Part shown: positions 56,966 through 64,000 of the stretch, piece by piece
Position numbering within the stretch: position 1 is the first letter of the stretch
Layout of the letters: each line of letters opens with the position of its first letter
Assembly: GCA_964016885.1 (NCBI GenBank)
Contig: OZ024743.1
Span: forward strand, 152,334,001 to 152,398,000
DNA: 64,000 nt
DNA from: Eledone cirrhosa
Lineage: Eukaryota
Direction: 5' to 3'
Notes under the pieces: generated by a model
Database searches by the model: none
Seen by the model: only the letters and a program-made list of their open reading frames with translations
Told to the model about the DNA's origin: nothing
Position numbers and translations under genes: made by a program

Positions 56966-57439
56966 AGACGAAGGCTATGAGATGGGGGATACATTGAGTT
57001 CATAGTTGTAGTCTGCAAATCGCACTCAAGTACCCATTTATAATGATAGGCAGGGCATTGGCTTGTCGTGTGGGGATGAGGGATGTAGTTAGGAAGTAGT
57101 TATTGAGAGGAATTAGTTAGCATATTCTTTATCTACACTCCGGAATACAGAAGGATCAGAAACTGAATTTTTCCGACTATTCTTCCATAACCCGTTGAGT
57201 AACCCCTCACTGTATGTCAACTCTATCTAGTGTAGTAATTAACCATTACTGCATTTAGGATAACCCTAAGCATTTCTTGCATAACCTAATATATATATAT
57301 ACATGTATATACATACATATACATATATATATACAGGTAGACATAAAATGAATACATGAAACAGAAAGAGATGATCCAAGACCTGTAGTGTATCTTGCTT
57401 TATATTACTATGATTTTAAAATTGAAAACATCATACCAT

Positions 57440-57610
57440 TTATAGCTCAGATTCTCATCAAAGCAGTTGCTTTATCCATAGACACCATTTCCCATTTTAC
57501 CACCTGCCCACCTAATCCTTTCAAAAAGTGGATTCTGATGTTTGATAAAGGAAGTAAAAACAAAACCTCTGAAAGATTATTGCATAACTTTATCATAACA
57601 GCAGTTTGAA
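57440..57610 (-). mobile_element. Possible mariner C-terminal remnant
   Basis: FLKGL...VVKWEMV..D resembles the mariner F..GI..LV.RW.K motif. Confidence 0.35.
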
Positions 57611-59070
57611 ATAGTGAATTATTCAGTAGAATAAAAATAAAAACATATATAATACAATAAGCAATCCTTGGTTCAATGGTTTTCTTTTCTGTTTAGAGAC
57701 AATTCCTCAACTCTATTATTAGTAGTAATTTTATCGATCCAGATGCATGAAAATCAATGCGACATGATCTGAACAGAAGTCATGGGGTACCGAACTAGAT
57801 AATATAAAACATCTAATTTATTTCTCTGCCCCATTCATTCTTTTGGATATAACTAAATCCAGTGGAACTGGGAATGATTATAAAGAAATATATATATTTT
57901 TTCTCTTATAAAAGAAAATATATAAAACTAGGAACCGATTCTTTTCAGAAAATGATGGCTCATTAAACATTCAAAATTACTCTTATAATAAAACTGGGTT
58001 TTAACAACACCTAAAATTATTCTACTGAAAAATCGAAAATTACTTGTAACTATCTAACTCAATCATAAACAGATTCTTTGTGCATTAATTAGAAACACTC
58101 ACTACTATCAAGCATTAAAATAAATCAGATTTTTTCATTTCTCAATACGTAATTTCTTGAAACTGTTACATAGATTCTTTTACAAATTTGCTAGGAGTAA
58201 CAAAACAAAATTGCAACTCTTATTTTTATATTTTATTTTTAATTATCAGTGATTGCTGTCATGATTAGACTATGGCAATGGCCAAAAACCTCTCTTCATG
58301 ATTATTCTCTAGAGATTGCAAACTATTGCCTAATTATGTAAAATTACTTTACAAAACCTCATCCAAAATTTACATTGTAAGCATTTAAGAGTAATTTATT
58401 CTCTGAACATTTCTATTTCGACAAATGTATAATTTTTTGCCTTTACTAAGTGGTTCTCATCACTACTTTTGCAATCATGGTAAAATATATGTGTTTCTGA
58501 GGAGGTCTAATAAGACTGAAGTATGCCCAGAGTTGTTTTTCAATACTTGCCAAAATAATTAAAATATTATTAATCAATGACAAGTGGCTTTTTTCCTTTT
58601 CTAGTTAGTTATTTTTATACTAAATCTTTTAAATATATATATATAGAATATGATCATCAACGTTTTTTAGAGTGAAGGCAATTGATTGTAAACAATGTTT
58701 ATTTGTTATTATTTTAGCAACATAGGTAAGAGTCCTAGCTGAACATAATACTGTAGTTTGACACTACGAAGCTGTGGATTCTGAATGAGTTATCAAAGAA
58801 TTTATTTTATGTTAAGATTTAAATTGGAATTAAGTATTTTCAGTGTTTTTTTTTTGTTTACATGTTTACAGATATGTTTCCACTTTTTAAAATAAAACGT
58901 AACATTTTCCAAGCGAAATAAGTAACTATTTTCTTGGGATTTAATTTCGACTCACCTTGTGCTCCAGAAAAGAAAATCTCATTGCGTGTCTCTCAACAGG
59001 AAGTTGTAACATACTAAAGCATTGTGATAAGTGGAGATATTTTTCTAAAGACTATGAATTACTTACATTA

Positions 59071-59343
59071 CATCATTTTTAAGTCCGCTTTTCCCTGCTT
59101 GCAAGGGTGGGATGGGACTGATTCTGGCTTGATTTCTACAGCTGGATGCGCTTCATAACACCAACCTCATTTACAGTGAGTGCTGGGTGCTTTTTTGCCG
59201 TGGCACCTCCACAACCACTTTGCAGTGGAGTGATATGGACCCCAGTCCCTATCATCTCATTTCTACAGCTGAGTAAACTGGAGCAATGTGAAATAAAGTG
59301 TCTTGCTGAAGGAAACAACACATCACCCGGTCTGAGAATTGAA
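59071..59343 (-). mobile_element. 5'-truncated SINE family B
   Basis: Matches 52112-52400. Confidence 0.9.
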
Positions 59344-59411
59344 TGATAAGAATTAAGATTCTGTAGATCTCTTAAACCTGTTGAATTCTCTCTCTCTCTC
59401 CCTTGTATGCC

Positions 59412-59622
59412 TGTTGTTATATGTCCCTTGGGCAGCTCTGACCAAGTAGATCTTTGGGAAAAAGCCATTACAGATGCTACAATCCTGTTTTATTTTATTT
59501 TTTTAGATATAGAATACCCAAGATATGTGTCTTTCTTTAAAGATGGTAGGGTGTGATTTGAGAGAAATTTAGCTGCTATTTCTAGTAGGCTGAATGACCA
59601 CATGAAAACTCCCTCGTTGGTT
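59412..59622 (-). repeat. Unclassified ~200-bp dispersed repeat
   Basis: CTAGAAATAGCAGC.AAAT.TC.CTCAAAT motif also at ~27900-28050, 59880-59935, 60535-60735 and 62435-62600. Confidence 0.6.
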
Positions 59623-62600
59623 AGTCTTGAGCCTGCATGCGTGCTTGACATATAGGGTAATGTTAAATTATCAGCAAAGCGAATTTGTTAGACGTTTTTG
59701 TTTAGCCACTTACATAATTAAATGTACTTGAAAAATGCTTGACACATCTTCATTACTCTCCACTATAAATTTGTAACTTCAGACCATATATAAAATGCAT
59801 TGTTTATTAGAACCATGTCAGGCCTGTTTGAGAAGTTCTTGTATGTCCAAAACTAATTTATCCAATTTAGTTCATTTTTGAAGACAGTGAAGTGTGATTT
59901 AAGGCAGATTTGGCTGGTATCTCTAGCAGAGGCTTATTCATGGGATTGTAAATGAGGTTTTGTGCGTATTTATCTGTTGATTCTATAATCCAGAAACTGC
60001 GTTGCACCAGTTTATTGTAGAAGTATTTCATAACTTCAGAATCATAAATCGCACGAATGTATTATTATATCCTTAATCCGTTAGTTCACGCTAGTTGTAT
60101 CTATAAATACGTCATCCATTGAATACAGTGTTGATTCTCATCTTCTTTTGCTTTGTTCTAAGACTAGATTTCCACACCCAACAACAACATTGTAAGTCAA
60201 ATAAAACTGTCCAGCTGACTGAAAAATCGTTATTCTTCTCATTATATTCTTGTATTAATGCCATTACTGAGAATATAGTTCAGACTGAGATTTAGTTCAG
60301 ACTGAGATGCTTGTAAAGCGATGGAAGTGGTTGTATAGATGATGATAAGGATGATACATTTATCTATAACTACTAGCATTACTGTTACTATAAGTAAATT
60401 TGAGAAGCTTTTCTTTTCAAAGATGTTTTGATTTTAAAGCATGGTGCAACTATTTTGCTTCAATTATGATTAAAAGTTCTTTAAAAAATCCAAATATAAT
60501 TCTTTGTCTTTCTCATGCCTGTAGACATGTCACTGAGGGAGGCATCAACATGACCACTTGATCTGCTAGAAATAGCAATGAAATCTTCCTAAACCCATAA
60601 CACTATAAAGACATATTAGATACTATAGTCCTAAATAAACTATCTGAATATATATTTAAAAAAAAAATGAATTTTGTCACAACTAGAATGTGATTAACTA
60701 CAGGTCTCTTTGATTATAGCCAATTGGGGCTAAAGAACTGCCCTATATTTACTATTAGTATCAGCAGTTCAGTTTTCACTGGGAGCCAACCGTACTTGTC
60801 TTTCTAGTGCTTATTTTGGTGATCTTTCATATTACAGTTACAAACTTAGAAAAAATCGGAATATCAAAATACAATATAAATACGAATGTCACTAAATCTT
60901 CTAAAGATACAAAAAACAAGAATGCTTCAACTATGTATATTGAATCAGAATTTTACAAAATATGTAATTAAAGGATTGGGGGGGGGGGGGGGGTGAACAT
61001 TTGAAGCATTATTGTTTCTTTAGAAAAATTATCAGTGTTCATATTTGTGTAGTTTTTTTTTAGTATTTGCATTTGCTTTTTAGTTAAAGACCATAATACT
61101 AAGGATCGCTGAGGTCAAATTTGCCTTTATTGCTTCCGGGTTGATAGAAGAACCTACCAGTCAAGTACTAGGTTGAATTACATTCCTACAAAGCACTATA
61201 GATGTAAATAAAGTTATAACAGAACTTTAAAGTGAATTGGGCACCACTTAAACGTCAAGACTACTGGATGACTTTTTTTGCTGTTTTTATAATGTTGAAC
61301 TTTTGAGAACAAGACCAGAGTAATTTCCTGTCTACTATAAATTTATAACCTAGTGCTTAAGTTTAAAAATAAGGAAGACATTTTAATACACAGCTGAAAC
61401 CATTTCACTTCACTTTCACCACTAATGCCCTTCAAAACGATATAAACTTACACTTTCTATTTTAGGCCTTTGTCTCTTGGAAAAATAATTCAGTATTATT
61501 TCTGTACTTGAACACCTAATACTATTTTGCAATAAATCCAATTTAAATTATTTTAACCATTTAGTGTATCAATTTCTATTGAACAATCAGAAGAAAACCG
61601 AGGAATAGAAGTAGCGATTTATGATGTTCAGGCAAATGGCAATTGCTTTCGATTTGCAAGATTAGTAAAAATCCGAACAATTGAAGACTCGATTCACTAG
61701 AACTTTTGGACACTATCTCAGTTACTTTGTGTTATATTGTGGTATCCAATTTAATTTTTGTTTAGAACTACCAGACATTAATTTACAATAACTGGTCACT
61801 AGCAGTAATTAGTATTTAATGGATACCACTAATATCCAAGTAATTTATCGCACTGGTGTGTAGGTTAAAAAATATGTAATCTTTGTTACAAGACGTTATT
61901 ATAAATGACATAGTCCATTGATTCAAAATTAGTATATTACTGGTACATAATGTTTCATCTTCATAGCCAAAATAATAGAACCTCTACTGAATTTGAAACT
62001 GACAGTGGCATAGCACCTAATTAGATAAATATTTTTAGGATTTTTCCTGTCTATTTTTTCAGATGTGTATAAGTTAACTTTGGATAAAATAAAGGTGATC
62101 TTCCCTTTTTCAAACACTATGTCATTTAATTTCCATTTTTTTTCAAGTAATAAACAGTGATGCTTCAAACATGTTCTGATTTAAAGTATAAAATATGTAG
62201 CTGTATGTAATCTCCATCATAGTGGTGATTTCACCAGGATGTTTTTGTATAGGTGACAAAACAAATAATTATGCATGTAACTTGAATTATATTGCGACTA
62301 CTATATTGGATTAAACTAAAATATTACATATTCTATATTAACAATTTTTTTTTTTCCTTTTGAAATTTTAATGACATTCATGTTTGTATTTTCTTATTCT
62401 AATTTCTAGGTTTTGAATTTACAGTTGTAATATGATGGATCACCGAAATAGCAGCCAAATTTCCCTCAAATTATACTCCATTGGCATAAAAAAGCGGGGC
62501 ACATTGGATAATATAAACCAAAATACATAATGCATTAAAAGAAAGAAAGGGATGCTTATGGCTGGAACCCTTTTGATCATTGGTCTCTTTGTTCAAGAAG

Positions 62601-62639
62601 GGTCTATGGAGTAACATTACTTGATAGAATACATAGCTT

Positions 62640-62900
62640 GGAGATCAGGTAGTCACTCCAGGTGGGGCCACTACTTCTCCGAACTGCAAGATACTACAGA
62701 CAGAAAAAAATGATGGACAAGTTTTACTAGCAAAATCAACCAGCAGGAGACCCAGGGGTAGACTCTGAGCAAGAGAGTTAGATAACATTCATGAGTTTGG
62801 CTAGACTTGATTGGGGATCCAGCTGGATCAACTAGAGATGGTTGCTTCTGACAGAACCCACTGGAATAAATGATTCAGAACTCTATGAGAAGAAGAAGAA
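62640..62900 (+). mobile_element. 3' fragment of the Expander-like RTE
   Basis: Matches 31260-31571, including CAGGAGACCCAGGGGTAGAC. Confidence 0.7.
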
Positions 62901-63148
62901 TCTAACTGAAATTGCTTGTCTCAAATGAAATAAGATATGGACCAACACCCTAAGACAAAATCACCATTCCTACTAAACAAGAACTCTATACAGTAAAACA
63001 TGAAGCAGTAAAAGATAAAACAAATCTATTGTTTTTAATACATTATGAAATGCAATTTACCTCATAAAGAATAGACATTAACTATATATTCAAATTAATT
63101 ATGCAAGCAAGGAAAATTGGATGTAAAATGATGATGATGATTTACTAT

Positions 63149-63460
63149 GGGGATTTTGGTTGGTGTTTTTGTCCTGTAAAGACCATGGAATTTGAACCTA
63201 GAAAGTTCCCCTCCAAGGCACAATTCCATGCAAGGTTGTTTGTGGAAGACTAACAGTAGCCCATGCATACCAGTCACCCCTCTCCATGTCACCGATGTTG
63301 TCCAATGGCCGATACAGCTTGGCACCAGTGACGTCGCAACACTCATTTCTACAGCTGAGTAAACAGGAACAACGTGAAAGAAAGTGTCTTGCTGAAAGAC
63401 AACACACAGCCCAGTCCAGAAATCCAACGCCCAACCTCACGATTGCAAGCCCAATGCCTT
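63149..63460 (-). mobile_element. SINE with family B head/body but a different 3' half
   Basis: Shares GCAAGACACTTT...TTACTCAGCTGTAGAAATGAG with family B, then diverges. Confidence 0.7.
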
Positions 63461-64000
63461 TTGTCCTGTATGGGGAATATAATGAAACCAATGAGCATTC
63501 GTTTGGTAATGTAAGGTTAAAAAGCATTTAATCATCAGTACTAAATTACTATTCTCAAATTGTGTATTTTCAATCAAAACTATATTAAAAAAAAAATTAT
63601 TAGTTTGACTGTTCATGCGATAAATATATTTTTTCCTCATTCATTTCATATATTTAATGTTATTTCATTAAAAATACAATTATTTGGACTTAAAATCTTA
63701 GGAACAAAACTAACGGTAACAGTTCCAATAAGAAAAAAAAAGACAACAAATTATTCTATAATGAATATGAACAACTGACCACACAAATTTGAAGGGAGGG
63801 ATCAGGTGATTATACTCACAACCAAAATGTGAATGCAATCAATTAAATCCGAAGTATTTTGATCACAGCACTATCGATTGTGCCTTTAATTCCCGACCCA
63901 TCAAATATTTTATTAAATGGTCATAAGTATCCAGATTGAAGTGAGTGAAGTCCAAGCATTTTTTATTGGGTAAAATGATTATGATTGAAACCAAATTATA

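Noticed and set aside
58494-58533. HHR CTGAGGA-GGTCT AATA AGACT-GAAG
   Set aside because: GAAA and the cleavage site are altered; counted only as a decayed motif.

Overview
Eukaryotic, AT-rich, repeat-dense DNA with no confidently identifiable host gene. The repeat content (tRNA-derived SINEs, RTE LINEs with (GAT)n tails, very long TA/TACA microsatellites) suggests a cephalopod such as Octopus; this is inference. The window holds a decayed Ty3/Gypsy 5' end (LTR, tRNA-Trp PBS, gag), many RTE LINE copies including one near full-length APE-RT-PHD copy, CR1-group LINEs, several Penelope-like (PLE) fragments, three SINE families, a hAT MITE with 8-bp TSD and mariner remnants. The most notable hidden layer is about 12-14 type I hammerhead ribozyme (HHR) motifs, intact or degenerate, from several repeat families. 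They include a tandem pair 524 nt apart (retrozyme-like), a family with a shared non-canonical CAGAAGA core, and a pair showing stem II covariation. All structures and coordinates were read by eye; no searches were run.
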